Of a stretch of 64,000 nucleotides of DNA, positions 1-9,504 are shown piece after piece (the first letter of the stretch is position 1; each line of letters starts with the position of its first letter). The notes beneath the pieces are model-generated. The model made no database searches. It was not told where the DNA came from and worked only from the letters and a program-made list of their open reading frames with translations. The DNA is from an uncultured Christensenella sp. (GTDB lineage Bacteria > Bacillota > Clostridia > Christensenellales > Borkfalkiaceae), in NCBI GenBank assembly GCA_910585685.1, contig CAJUEO010000003.1, forward strand, positions 45,004 through 109,003. The letters run 5' to 3'. A program made the translations under genes and the position numbers.

Positions 1-704
1 ACGGCGTGGACATCACTTTCGACGAGTTCTATAAAAAAATGCGCGAGAGTAAAGATTTCCCTCATACCTCGCAGCTTACCGAAGCGCAGGTGGAAGAGGC
101 GGTAAACGCCGCGCTTAAAGAGGCGGACGAAGTGCTTATTATGCCCCTTGCCTCGCAGCTGAGCGGCTCGTACGAGCGCTGCAAAGCCGTGGCGGCAAAG
201 TATGACAACGTGTATGTGTACGATACCAAATGTACTACCGTTATGCTTAAACTTTGCGTGATAGAGGCGTTGAAAATGATAGATAAAGGCGTTGACGCAA
301 TTTGCGCGATGCTCGACGAGCTTAGACCCAAACTTAAAATTTATGCGGTGTTGGATACGCTTGACAACCTTCGCAAGGGCGGCAGGCTGTCCAACGTTTC
401 GGCTGTTATCGGCTCGCTTTTGAAGATAAAACCCGTAATAACATTTTCGGTTGACGGCAAGGTCGAAATGATATCCAAACAGTTCGGCATAAACAAGGGC
501 ATCAATTATATTTGCTCGATAATAGACAAAAATAAGATTGATTTTACTAAGCCCGTCTATCTTATTTATACGGAAAACGATAAAAATGCCGAAGTTTTAA
601 GCTCGAAGCTGGGTATAAAATTTTCTGAAAAGGGCAATATCTGTCCTGTTATAGGCACTCATATAGGTTCTGACGCCGCCGGCGTAGTATTTGCGGAAAA
701 ATAG
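1..704 (+). CDS. DegV family (fatty-acid-binding) protein, 5' end cut by the window edge
   Basis: The frame is open from the window start. DegV-like blocks are LDTLDNLRKGGRLS and GTHIGSDAAGVVF. About 50 N-terminal residues expected for the family are missing. Confidence 0.8.
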   Translation, partial: GVDITFDEFYKKMRESKDFPHTSQLTEAQVEEAVNAALKEADEVLIMPLASQLSGSYERCKAVAAKYDNVYVYDTKCTTVMLKLCVIEALKMIDKGVDAICAMLDELRPKLKIYAVLDTLDNLRKGGRLSNVSAVIGSLLKIKPVITFSVDGKVEMISKQFGINKGINYICSIIDKNKIDFTKPVYLIYTENDKNAEVLSSKLGIKFSEKGNICPVIGTHIGSDAAGVVFAEK

Positions 705-782
705 ATTATGTAGACAAATTCCCGTAATTTTTACAACTTTCCTGTGTGTTTTACCTATATAGCGATTTTTTTAATAAAAGTG

Positions 783-811
783 TTTACATTTTTAAAAAAC
801 TTTGCTATAAT
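783..811 (+). promoter_or_regulatory. sigma-A type promoter (TTTACA-17-TGcTATAAT) for the CvpA-like gene
   Basis: -35 TTTACA at 783-788, a 17-nt spacer, an extended -10 TGC, and TATAAT at 806-811. AGGAGG RBS at 821-826. Confidence 0.6.
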
Positions 812-834
812 GCAAATACAAGGAGGTTAAGAGT

Positions 835-1365
835 ATGGTTTTTGCCGATTGGATGGCAATCGTAATAGTTCTCGGTTGCATAACGCTTGGCGTATTCGTA
901 GGCTTCGGTTCGGGCTTGAAATTTTTTACAGGCGGCATTTTCGGATTTATAATCAGCATAGTCGTATGCGGTTTGTTCGGCACGGTTTTTCTCGACGTTG
1001 GATTTATCGGCGACTTGCTCAAAAAACTTTCGGATTGCTGGGCAGGTAACGAATTTCTGACAAATATGCACCTCGAAGTGATAATTTATTATATCATTTT
1101 GTTCGTAATAGTGCAGATTTTAAGAGTGATACTCGTCCTGATAATAACAAAGTTTCTCGAAGCGGACAATTTTATTTCAAAACTTTTGAATAAAGTGCTC
1201 GGCGCGGCATTGTTTTTATTTATAGGCGTGCTTATTTCCCTGCTTATTTTGAAGATTATAGGCTGGGTAGGCGGAGAAACCGCCGCTAATTTGCACGACG
1301 CGTTGAAGGGCAGTTTGTTCCACCTCGAAGATTTGTTTACCAACATCAGCAATTGGATGCCCTGA
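835..1365 (+). CDS. cvpA: CvpA-family small integral membrane protein
   Basis: 176 aa with about four hydrophobic helices. Gly/Phe-rich N-terminal helices are typical of colicin V production protein-like proteins. Strong RBS. Confidence 0.55.
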   Translation: MVFADWMAIVIVLGCITLGVFVGFGSGLKFFTGGIFGFIISIVVCGLFGTVFLDVGFIGDLLKKLSDCWAGNEFLTNMHLEVIIYYIILFVIVQILRVILVLIITKFLEADNFISKLLNKVLGAALFLFIGVLISLLILKIIGWVGGETAANLHDALKGSLFHLEDLFTNISNWMP

Positions 1366-1383
1366 TAAATTAAAGTAAATTTG

Positions 1384-1424
1384 TGCGCAAGGTCAATTTA
1401 AACAGACCTTGCGCATATTTTATT
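1384..1424 (+). terminator. intrinsic terminator after the cvpA-like gene
   Basis: Hairpin TGCGCAAGGTC-N10-GACCTTGCGCA followed by a T-rich tract. Confidence 0.6.
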
Positions 1425-1427
1425 ATT

Positions 1428-1778
1428 ATGGAAGTAACATTTTCCGATTTAAAGCAAAAGGATGTAATAAATCTCAACGACGGAAAAAATCTTGGCAAGG
1501 TTTGCGATTTGACTTTTTCTTTCCCCGACAACAACGTGACGGGCTTTACCGTGACGGGCTGCAAGGGGTTCAGGTTTTCAAAACAAGAAGTTTTTTTACC
1601 CATTTCCTGCGTTGTGAAGATAGGGGACGACGCCGTGCTTGTCAAGTTCGGCAAGTCGGAAAATCCTCAGCCTAAACCTCCGCAAAAACCCTCGTGTCCG
1701 CCGCCCTGTCCGCCTTGCCCTCCGCCGTCACCCTGTCCGCCGCCGCATAACAGGCGCAGCTATGACGAGTATGAGTGA
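1428..1778 (+). CDS. ylmC: YlmC/YmxH-family (PRC-barrel) sporulation protein with an unusual Pro/Cys-rich C-terminal tail
   Basis: The N-terminus MEVTFSDLKQKDVINLNDGKNLGKV matches the family start. I chose the ATG at 1428 rather than the GTG at 1383 in the ORF track. The tail is PQPKPPQKPSCPPPCPPCPPPSPCPPP. Confidence 0.7.
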   Translation: MEVTFSDLKQKDVINLNDGKNLGKVCDLTFSFPDNNVTGFTVTGCKGFRFSKQEVFLPISCVVKIGDDAVLVKFGKSENPQPKPPQKPSCPPPCPPCPPPSPCPPPHNRRSYDEYE

Positions 1779-2156
1779 TTATAGAATATTCTCGACCTTT
1801 ATACTGTAGGTTTGCGGTAGATTTTTTGCTATTTCTTTTAATACTTCAACCTTGCCCAGCGCCAGCTCGAACTCGTCGTTGTACAAAAGTCCGCAACACT
1901 CGCTAAGCCAATAGTCGACGTAAGAAATGTCGTTGTGCGGCACCAAAATCTGCAATTTGGACTTTTTGTCGTTCCACATTGTGCGCACGGCGTATCCGTC
2001 CTCGGGAGTGGCGGTGCGGTTTTCGACCTTGGTATAAAGCGTGTCTAAGGCATTTGAAAACTCTTCAAACTGTCTGTTCAAAAATATTTCCGCGTAAATA
2101 AATATGCCGAGGCAAAGTAAAATTGCAGCCAGGGTATAGCATATGGATTTTACCAT
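1779..2156 (-). CDS. DUF4363-family protein (partner of DUF421/YetF-type proteins)
   Basis: 125 aa with an N-terminal TM helix. It overlaps the upstream DUF421 gene by 7 nt, which is the usual gene pair in spore formers. Confidence 0.6.
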   Translation of the reverse strand: MVKSICYTLAAILLCLGIFIYAEIFLNRQFEEFSNALDTLYTKVENRTATPEDGYAVRTMWNDKKSKLQILVPHNDISYVDYWLSECCGLLYNDEFELALGKVEVLKEIAKNLPQTYSIKVENIL

Positions 2157-2824
2157 TTGCCGCGTACCTCCATATTCAATATCTTATACTTTTCTCCGCG
2201 CTTTTGGAAATACACTCTGCCCTCACCGTTAATGGTCATTGCAACAACTTCCTTTAATTTCGCGCCCTGTTCCTTTAAAAAGTTTTCAAGCTTGTCCCTG
2301 TCAAATCCGCAGCGGACAAGATTTTTTTTGTCCGGCTTGCCCCTGTCTATAAGCATCAGCGGTAGCGAAGTCGAGGCTTTTTCCTCCTTTTCAAGCGCGG
2401 AAAACGAGCCGTTGGCTTCATAAAGTCCGTAATACACGTCGTCAAGGTTGAAATATCCGGCAACGCGCATGCTTTCTACAAGGTCGCTCACGTCAAGGTT
2501 GTTCTTTTTTAACTGAAACTCGTCTATGCCGTCGCGATTTATTACTACCGACGGTTTGCCGCTTACGATTTTTTTGACGGGCTGGAACCATAGCTGTAAG
2601 AGCCACACAACCTGGTGCAGAATAAAAATTGTAACAATTGCTATTATTCCGTAAAAAATGGGGATAGAGGTATCCGCCATAGGTATGCAGGCAAGCTCGG
2701 CTATTACAAGACTGATAACAAACTCGAACGGCTGCATTTCTCCTATCTGGCTTTTGCCCATAAGTCGCATTATCAAAAGCAATACTATAAATATAATTGT
2801 AGTTCTGATAAAAATAAGTGCCAT
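2150..2824 (-). CDS. DUF421 (YetF/YrbG-like) membrane protein
   Basis: N-terminal TM helices with the GKSQIGEMQPFEFV motif, then a soluble C-terminal domain (SGKPSVVINRDG). Confidence 0.75.
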   Translation of the reverse strand: MALIFIRTTIIFIVLLLIMRLMGKSQIGEMQPFEFVISLVIAELACIPMADTSIPIFYGIIAIVTIFILHQVVWLLQLWFQPVKKIVSGKPSVVINRDGIDEFQLKKNNLDVSDLVESMRVAGYFNLDDVYYGLYEANGSFSALEKEEKASTSLPLMLIDRGKPDKKNLVRCGFDRDKLENFLKEQGAKLKEVVAMTINGEGRVYFQKRGEKYKILNMEVRGKW

Positions 2825-2858
2825 ATCAACAGTATTCTCAAAAAATTTTACAATATTC

Positions 2859-2887
2859 TTGATTTATAGCTGCGCATATGATATAAT
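2859..2887 (+). promoter_or_regulatory. sigma-A type promoter of the folate operon (TTGATT-17-TGaTATAAT)
   Basis: -35 at 2859-2864 and -10 at 2882-2887 with an extended TG. GAGGTGG RBS ahead of the TTG start at 2911. Confidence 0.6.
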
Positions 2888-2910
2888 TTTATTTCGGTTG
2901 AGGTGGAATT

Positions 2911-4101
2911 TTGTCCTTTGAAACTACGTTAAATTGCGTGCGCTCTCTGTCGAAGAGGGGAATGGATTTCGGTCTTGAACGCGTTCGCAAAATTTTGGAC
3001 GGGCTCGGCTGTCCCGACGAAAAACTTAAAATAATTCATATCTCCGGCTCGAACGGCAAGGGGTCGGTTGCTGAATATATGACTCAAATTTTGCTGTGCT
3101 GCGGTAAAACGGTGGGCACCTTTTGCTCTCCGGCGGTGTACGACTATCTCGAACAGTTCAAAATAAACGGCAAAAATATTGACGAGAAAACTTATGACAG
3201 GGCGTTCGGCGCGGCTTTGAAGCTTGCAGGCAGTGCAACGCAGTTCGAGGTTGAAACGGCGGCGGCTATTTACGCGTTTTTCCTTTGCGGCTGCGAGTAT
3301 GCGGTGCTGGAATGCGGATTGGGCGGCACATATGACGCAACTAACGCCGTTTGCGGCAAAATTCTTGCCCTCATAACTTCGGTGTCTTTGGAGCATACGG
3401 GCGTGCTCGGCAACAGTATCGAGAGTATCTGCGCCCATAAATCGGGAATAATTAAAAACTGTAAGGCTATAGTAAGCGCGTTGCAATGCGAAAAAACCGT
3501 CCGTTATTTTAAAGATTCGGGCGCAAGCTTTGCGGACAAACCCATTCAAATTATAGACGACGGGCACTTCATATACGGCGACGTAGAGTTTGAAAACGGA
3601 ATTTTGGGCAGCGTTCAACCGTATAACGCGGCTTTGGCAATAGAGGCGGCAAGATACCTTGAAATACCCGAAACTGCGATATATTCGGGGGTCAAACAGG
3701 CAAAGCTCGGCGGAAGAGTCGAAGTTATAGACGCAAACGGAGTGCGGTATATACTCGACGGGGCGCACAACCCCTCGGCGTTTGCGCCGCTTAAAAATTA
3801 CCTTTCGGGTTTAAACGGACAAGCGGAAATAATATTCGGCTGTCTTGACGACAAGGATTTGGAGGGCAACCTTAAAATGATTTGCGAGGTTGCCGAAAAA
3901 ATAACTGCGGTCGAGTGCCCGAGCCCGAGGGCGGCAAAGCTTGAAAAAATTTCTAAGGCGTGTAAAAAATACTTTAAATATTGCGCCGAAGCGCAAAGTG
4001 TTGCTTGTGCGCTTGAAAGTGCAAAGTCGTTGAACGTTGTTGTTTGCGGTTCGTTTACGCTTTTAAAGGAGGCAAAGGAATGGATAGAGAAAAGGCAATA
4101 A
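2911..4101 (+). CDS. folC: folylpolyglutamate synthase / dihydrofolate synthase
   Basis: Mur-ligase P-loop [10 protein letters not shown]. Downstream LEHTGVLG and LDGAHNP blocks. First gene of a folate cluster. Confidence 0.85.
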   Translation: MSFETTLNCVRSLSKRGMDFGLERVRKILDGLGCPDEKLKIIHISGSNGKGSVAEYMTQILLCCGKTVGTFCSPAVYDYLEQFKINGKNIDEKTYDRAFGAALKLAGSATQFEVETAAAIYAFFLCGCEYAVLECGLGGTYDATNAVCGKILALITSVSLEHTGVLGNSIESICAHKSGIIKNCKAIVSALQCEKTVRYFKDSGASFADKPIQIIDDGHFIYGDVEFENGILGSVQPYNAALAIEAARYLEIPETAIYSGVKQAKLGGRVEVIDANGVRYILDGAHNPSAFAPLKNYLSGLNGQAEIIFGCLDDKDLEGNLKMICEVAEKITAVECPSPRAAKLEKISKACKKYFKYCAEAQSVACALESAKSLNVVVCGSFTLLKEAKEWIEKRQ

Positions 4102-4628
4102 AAGCTATTGAGGATCTGTTAGACGCGCTGGGTGCGGACAGAACGTCGGAGGGGCTGAAAGATACGCCGCGGCGCGTTGCGGACGCATACGCCGAGTTGC
4201 TTTTAGGAGAGGGCAAAACCGCCGAAGAGCATCTTTCGCGCACCTTTAACACCAATTGCGGTGATATGGTCGTCGAAACGGATATAAGCTTTTCGTCCAC
4301 TTGCGAGCACCATTTAATGCCCTTTTTCGGTAAAATAACCATAGCATACATTCCCGACGGGAAAGTTATCGGGCTCTCTAAGCTTGCGCGCACGGTTGAA
4401 GTTTATGCAAAGCGATTACAGCTTCAGGAGCGGCTTACCCGTCAGATTGCCGAGGAAATTATGCGCTGTTTAAAGCCGAAGGGCGTTTTTGTCGTCTGCG
4501 AGGCTGAGCATACCTGCATGACCTGCAGGGGAGTAAAGAAGCCGGGCAGCAAAACCGTGACGTACTGTTCGCTTGGAGAGTTCGGCAAAGAAAACAGAGA
4601 AGAGGTACTTTCGATAATCGGAAAATGA
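4080..4628 (+). CDS. folE: GTP cyclohydrolase I
   Basis: [26 protein letters not shown] and RLQLQERLT motifs. The ATG at 4080 (MDREKAIK) is preferred over the longer ORF start at 4044. Confidence 0.9.
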   Translation: MDREKAIKAIEDLLDALGADRTSEGLKDTPRRVADAYAELLLGEGKTAEEHLSRTFNTNCGDMVVETDISFSSTCEHHLMPFFGKITIAYIPDGKVIGLSKLARTVEVYAKRLQLQERLTRQIAEEIMRCLKPKGVFVVCEAEHTCMTCRGVKKPGSKTVTYCSLGEFGKENREEVLSIIGK

Positions 4629-5404
4629 AGATAGGCAATAAAATTTTTGAAAACTACACCTATGTAATGGCAATAATCAACCTTACCCCCGACAGCTTTT
4701 GGGCGGCAAGCAGAAAGAGTGCGGACGACGTGCTTTTTGCCGTTGAAAAGGCGCAAAGGGAGGGCGCGGCTATAATCGATTTGGGCGCGCAGTCCACGCG
4801 CCCCGGCTACGTCGAGGTCGACGCGGATACCGAAATAGAGCGATTCGCAAAGCCGCTTGAAATGATTAAAAAGCGGTTTGATATACCCGTTTCGGTCGAC
4901 ACTTATTTTTCAAAGAGCGCGAGGGTTGCGCTGGAACTTAAAGCCGACCTCATAAACGACGTCTGGGGTTTGACTTATGATAAGGATATGGCAAAAACCA
5001 TAGCGGAATACGGCGCTTCGGTATGTATTATGCACAATGCGAAATGTCCGTTAACGGGGGATATATGGGGGGCAATTACGCAATTTTTGCAAAACAGCGC
5101 CTCGTTAGCTCTGGAAAGCGGCATTGAAAAGGATAAAATCTGCCTTGACGGCGGCATAGGTTTTGCGAAAAACAGGGAGCAGAATATCGAGCTTTTAAAC
5201 GGCTATGACAGGCTGTACACCCTGGGATATCCCTTACTTTTGGGCGCAAGCCGCAAATCTTTGTTCGGCGGATTGCCCGAAAACAGACTTGAACAGACGG
5301 TGGAAAGCTCGCGGCTTGCCGCAAGAAAAAAGGTGCTGTTTGTGCGCGTTCACGACGTTTACGAAAACGCAGAGGCTATAAGAAAGGTTTATGAACAAGG
5401 TTAA
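4625..5404 (+). CDS. folP: dihydropteroate synthase
   Basis: [21 protein letters not shown] and DGGIGFAK motifs. ATGA overlap with folE. Confidence 0.9.
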   Translation: MKIGNKIFENYTYVMAIINLTPDSFWAASRKSADDVLFAVEKAQREGAAIIDLGAQSTRPGYVEVDADTEIERFAKPLEMIKKRFDIPVSVDTYFSKSARVALELKADLINDVWGLTYDKDMAKTIAEYGASVCIMHNAKCPLTGDIWGAITQFLQNSASLALESGIEKDKICLDGGIGFAKNREQNIELLNGYDRLYTLGYPLLLGASRKSLFGGLPENRLEQTVESSRLAARKKVLFVRVHDVYENAEAIRKVYEQG

Positions 5405-6185
5405 AATTCAAGGGCTTGAAATTAGCGCCTGTCACGGCGTTCACGCCGAAGAAAAAGTAAATCCCCAACCCTTTGTATTCGATATCGAAGTGTATTGCGA
5501 TTTTGAAAAGAATTGGCAGAGCGACGACTTGGGCAATACCGTAAATTATTCCGCAGTTTGCGACCTTGTGGCAAGAACGGTGTGGGAAAACACTTTCAAC
5601 CTCATTGAAACGCTTGCCTATACCTGCGCATATTGCATACTCGATAATTTCGCGGCGCAGGGCGTCGATATAACCGTCTACAAACCGCAGGCACCCGTAA
5701 AGCACAAATTTGACAGGGTGGGCGTAAGCATAAGCGTGAAAAGAACGGTTGCCTATCTTTCGCTCGGCTCGTCGATGGGGGATAGAAAGGCGTACCTTGA
5801 CAGGGCGGTCGAGCTGCTTTCGAAGTCGAGCGGAATAAAAGTAACAAAGGTGTCAAGCTATATTCAGACGCAGCCTGTGGGCGGTGTTGCGAAAAATACG
5901 TTTTTAAACTGCGCGGCGGAAATTCAGACTTATCTTTCTCCGCACGCTCTTTTGGATCAAATTCACCGAATAGAGAGCGAGTGCGACCGTGTTCGCAAAG
6001 AGCGCTGGGGGGACAGAACGCTGGATATAGATATAATTTTTTACGGCAAGCAGCAGGTTCGAGAGGACGATTTGATTATCCCTCATCCCGAGTATTTAAA
6101 CCGTGAGTTTGTAATCGAGCCGCTTAAGGAAATTTGCCCCGAATTTTTGTGTCCGTCTTGTTTAAAAAAAATCAAAAATCTTTAA
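5391..6185 (+). CDS. folB/folK: bifunctional dihydroneopterin aldolase / 6-hydroxymethyl-dihydropterin pyrophosphokinase
   Basis: The N-terminal half is FolB-like (ISACHGVHAEEK). The C-terminal half is HPPK-like (AYLSLGSSMGDR, RTLDIDIIFYG, IPHPEY). Confidence 0.85.
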   Translation: MNKVKIQGLEISACHGVHAEEKVNPQPFVFDIEVYCDFEKNWQSDDLGNTVNYSAVCDLVARTVWENTFNLIETLAYTCAYCILDNFAAQGVDITVYKPQAPVKHKFDRVGVSISVKRTVAYLSLGSSMGDRKAYLDRAVELLSKSSGIKVTKVSSYIQTQPVGGVAKNTFLNCAAEIQTYLSPHALLDQIHRIESECDRVRKERWGDRTLDIDIIFYGKQQVREDDLIIPHPEYLNREFVIEPLKEICPEFLCPSCLKKIKNL

Positions 6186-6211
6186 AAAAAGTCAAATAAT
6201 TAAAAATTCTT

Positions 6212-6237
6212 TTGTGCAATTTGCACAAATTTTTTTG
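6212..6237 (+). terminator. palindrome plus T-run after the folate operon (terminator, possibly an operator)
   Basis: TTGTGCAA-T-TTGCACAA followed by ATTTTTTT. Confidence 0.4.
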
Positions 6238-6330
6238 TAAAAACTGTACAAATGAAAAAAGGTGTGTTATAATTCTGAAAGAGAAGTTTATTTATAGACG
6301 CGTGCATAGTCACCGTGAGGAGATGGTATT

Positions 6331-7845
6331 TTGGAAAAGATAGGTATTATCGATTTAGGCTCGAATTCTGCGCGGCTTGTCATTGTCAACCTCTTCGCGG
6401 AAGGCTATTTTATGGTTGTGGACGAGCTTAAAGAGAGCGTTAGACTCGGGCAGGATATGGAGCGCGACGGATTTTTGAAACCGGCGCGTGTAGCTGAAAC
6501 TATCAAAACCTTGAAAATGTTCAGAAAACTCTGCGACGCAAGCGGCGTTACCAGAATTATAGCCGTCGCTACAGAGGCGGTAAGACGGGCTAAAAACCAG
6601 AGAAGTTTTTTAGACGAAATTCAAGCGACCTGCGGCATTAAAATAAGGGTGCTTACGTCCGAGGAGGAGGCTATTTTAGTCTACCGCGGCGTAATCAACA
6701 CAATGGACATTCCCAAGGGAATAGTGCTTGAAATAGGCGGCGGTTCGACAAAGATAGTTTACTACAACCGCAGAAATATGTTAAATTACGTCACTTTGCC
6801 CTTCGGAGCGGTAACGCTTACAGGGCTTTTCTCGGGAGACGGATTAAAACCCGAAGAACAGGCTGCTAAGATTGAAGAGTTTTTTACCGAACAGTTGAAG
6901 CAGGTTGAGTGGCTTAAAGAGGTAGACCCCGACGTGCAGATGATCGGCGTTGGCGGCTCTTTCAGAAATCTGTTTAAAATTTCGAAGATGGTGCACAAGT
7001 ACCCTCTCGATTGCGTACACAACTACAAAATGCAGACCGAGGACTTTAATCCCGTCTACGATATGATTAAGGTGCTCGACCTTGACCGCAAGAAGAAGAT
7101 TAAGGGGCTTTCCGCCGAGCGTGCGGATATTCTGCCCGCCGCGCTTGCGGTTATTCGCGCGTTTATCAACTATATGAACGTGGAGTCGTTTACTTTCTCG
7201 GGCGCGGGACTTCGCGAGGGCTTAATGTTCAATCAGGCGTTACCCTCTACAATCGAAAAGCCCATTGCCGACGTTTTGAACTACTCGCTTACAACGCTTG
7301 TAAAATACTATGACTGCGACGAAAAGCACGTCGAGCACGTTGTAAATTTAAGCATACAGTTATTTAAACAGTTGCGCGTGCTTCATAAATTCCCGAGGCA
7401 ATATCTCAAAATACTTAAAGTTGCCGCAATGCTGCACGACTGCGGTATGCGCATAAAATATTACAATCATCAGCGCCACAGCTGGTATATGATTCTGAAC
7501 GCCAACCTTTACGGCGTGTCGCACAGGGATATAGTGCTTGCGGCGTTTACGGCTTGTTGCCATAAAAAAGAAGATATTAACGCCTACGATTGGGCGCGTT
7601 ACCGCGATATAATTACCGAAGACGATTTGGACGTAGTTAAAAAGCTGGGCGTAATGCTTAGAATTGCAGAAAGTCTTGACAGGGCTAACTCGGGCGTAAT
7701 TAAAAGCATCAACTGCGATATTTTGGGCGATTCCGTAATTATGAAAACCGAAATCGAGGGTGACGCAACGCTTGAAATTAAAAATGCGATGGCGGCTTCG
7801 ACGGAGTTCAGAAAATCCTTCCACAAAAATCTCGAAATACTGTAA
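6331..7845 (+). CDS. ppx: Ppx/GppA-family phosphatase with a C-terminal HD domain
   Basis: IGIIDLGSNSARLVIV ASKHA-fold start, EIGGGSTK, and an HD-type MLHDCG block. Confidence 0.8.
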   Translation: MEKIGIIDLGSNSARLVIVNLFAEGYFMVVDELKESVRLGQDMERDGFLKPARVAETIKTLKMFRKLCDASGVTRIIAVATEAVRRAKNQRSFLDEIQATCGIKIRVLTSEEEAILVYRGVINTMDIPKGIVLEIGGGSTKIVYYNRRNMLNYVTLPFGAVTLTGLFSGDGLKPEEQAAKIEEFFTEQLKQVEWLKEVDPDVQMIGVGGSFRNLFKISKMVHKYPLDCVHNYKMQTEDFNPVYDMIKVLDLDRKKKIKGLSAERADILPAALAVIRAFINYMNVESFTFSGAGLREGLMFNQALPSTIEKPIADVLNYSLTTLVKYYDCDEKHVEHVVNLSIQLFKQLRVLHKFPRQYLKILKVAAMLHDCGMRIKYYNHQRHSWYMILNANLYGVSHRDIVLAAFTACCHKKEDINAYDWARYRDIITEDDLDVVKKLGVMLRIAESLDRANSGVIKSINCDILGDSVIMKTEIEGDATLEIKNAMAASTEFRKSFHKNLEIL

Positions 7846-7854
7846 AGTGTAACG

Positions 7855-7889
7855 GTGCCGCGGTTAAATACGCGGCACAATTATTTTTC
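7855..7889 (+). terminator. intrinsic terminator after ppx
   Basis: GTGCCGCG-N8-CGCGGCAC followed by AATTATTTTT. Confidence 0.7.
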
Positions 7890-7918
7890 AATATAATTAC
7901 TTGAAATTGTAAAAGAAT

Positions 7919-8476
7919 ATGAAATACGTTTTAGCAAGTGCGTCACCGAGAAGGCGCGAACTTTTATCGCAAATATTGCCGCGCTTCGAGGTGGTTCCGT
8001 CCGGTGCGGAAGAAAAAGTTAATATTTCGCTGTTTCCCGAGAAAATGGCTTGCGCCCTTGCGGAAGCTAAGTGCGACGACGTGTTTTCCCTCGACGACTC
8101 GAAAACGGTAATAGGCTGCGATACTATAGTTGTGTTCGGCGGTGAAATTTTGGGGAAGCCCAAGGACGCTGCCGAGGCGGAAACAACGCTTAAAATGCTT
8201 TCGGGTAAAACGCATTACGTCATTACGGGCGTGTGCGTGCGAAACAAATATAAAAAATTGATTGATTTTGACAGAACTGAAGTCAAATTCAATATTTTAT
8301 CCGATGAATTTATCAAAAGCTACGTCGAAAGCGGTTCACCGCTTGACAAGGCCGGCAGTTACGGCATTCAGGACGGAGGGTTGGTAAAGGAATATTTCGG
8401 AAGCTATACAAACGTTGTGGGCTTGCCCGTTACGTTGACGAAAAAATTACTTGACGGAGTAAAAATAGACTTATGA
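7919..8476 (+). CDS. maf: Maf-like nucleoside triphosphate pyrophosphatase
   Basis: LASASPRRRELL signature and GKP/AGSYGIQ blocks. Confidence 0.9.
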   Translation: MKYVLASASPRRRELLSQILPRFEVVPSGAEEKVNISLFPEKMACALAEAKCDDVFSLDDSKTVIGCDTIVVFGGEILGKPKDAAEAETTLKMLSGKTHYVITGVCVRNKYKKLIDFDRTEVKFNILSDEFIKSYVESGSPLDKAGSYGIQDGGLVKEYFGSYTNVVGLPVTLTKKLLDGVKIDL

Positions 8477-9489
8477 AAAGCATATCTGTCGATTTCGGCT
8501 CGGGCGTAACAAAAATATATATGTCCGGATGCGGAGTCGTTTTAATGGAAGCAACCTGCATTGCCGTCGAGGAATGTCAAGAAAAGGGAGAAAGGTTTCT
8601 GTCCGTAAAGGCGTACGGGGACAAGGCTCGCGCGCTGTCGGGCAGGGCTGCGGTAAACACGCATATCGTAAACCCCGTTCGCGACGGGAATATCGTTCAC
8701 GAAAATCTTGCTGCCGCGCTTTTGGGACACTTTCTCGAAAAAATAGAAATTCCGCGCAAAAAGGCAAAAAAGACGGAAGTAATTTTCGTATTGCCCTGCG
8801 GCGCTAAAAGCGAACTAAAACAGGCGTATCTGCGCGTTGCGGAAGAGTGCGGAATAGGCGCGGTATATTTTACGCTTGCGCCCTTTGCCGCGGTGCTCGG
8901 CCACAACGTGGCAATAAGCGAAAGCGCGCCTATGTTCTGCGTGGATATCGGAAGTTCTATAACAAATATAGCCGCCCTGTCGCAGGACGGAATTGTATCG
9001 GGCTTTAACGTAAACCTCGGCGGCGGAAATATCGACGTGCATCTCATCGATGAGCTTGCCGAAAACTACAACACCAAAATCGGCGCGCTTACCGCCGAAA
9101 AGCTTAAAAATACCGTCGGAAGTCTGCTGGTCGACGACAATAAAATTAACGTGTTCGAGGGCAGGGAAGTGTCGAGCGGCGCGCCCACTTCGATAGCCGT
9201 CAATTCCGAACAAATTTGCGGCGTCATAAATATGTACGTCGATAAAATTTTGGAATACGTCGAGCTTGTTTTAAAACAGCTGCCTGCGGAAGTTATTTCG
9301 GGCGTAATGCACGGCGGAATTTATCTTTCGGGCGGTCTTGTAAAAATGGACGGGCTTGCCGAGTATATCGAAAAGAGGCTGGGAATTAGCGTCAACGTTC
9401 CCGAAGAGCCTCAGCTTTGCGCCGTTATCGGCGGCGGTATGATGCTTTCCAACGACGACCTTTTGGATAAGTTTGCGACGCAGGAGTAA
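8473..9489 (+). CDS. divergent MreB/actin-like ATPase
   Basis: Actin-fold phosphate motifs are recognisable but diverged: DFGSGVTK, VDIGSSITNIA, YLSGGLVKMDGL. Sits directly after maf with an ATGA overlap. No mreC or mreD follows. Confidence 0.65.
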   Translation: MKSISVDFGSGVTKIYMSGCGVVLMEATCIAVEECQEKGERFLSVKAYGDKARALSGRAAVNTHIVNPVRDGNIVHENLAAALLGHFLEKIEIPRKKAKKTEVIFVLPCGAKSELKQAYLRVAEECGIGAVYFTLAPFAAVLGHNVAISESAPMFCVDIGSSITNIAALSQDGIVSGFNVNLGGGNIDVHLIDELAENYNTKIGALTAEKLKNTVGSLLVDDNKINVFEGREVSSGAPTSIAVNSEQICGVINMYVDKILEYVELVLKQLPAEVISGVMHGGIYLSGGLVKMDGLAEYIEKRLGISVNVPEEPQLCAVIGGGMMLSNDDLLDKFATQE

Positions 9490-9504
9490 ATAGATTGTAA
9501 GAAT

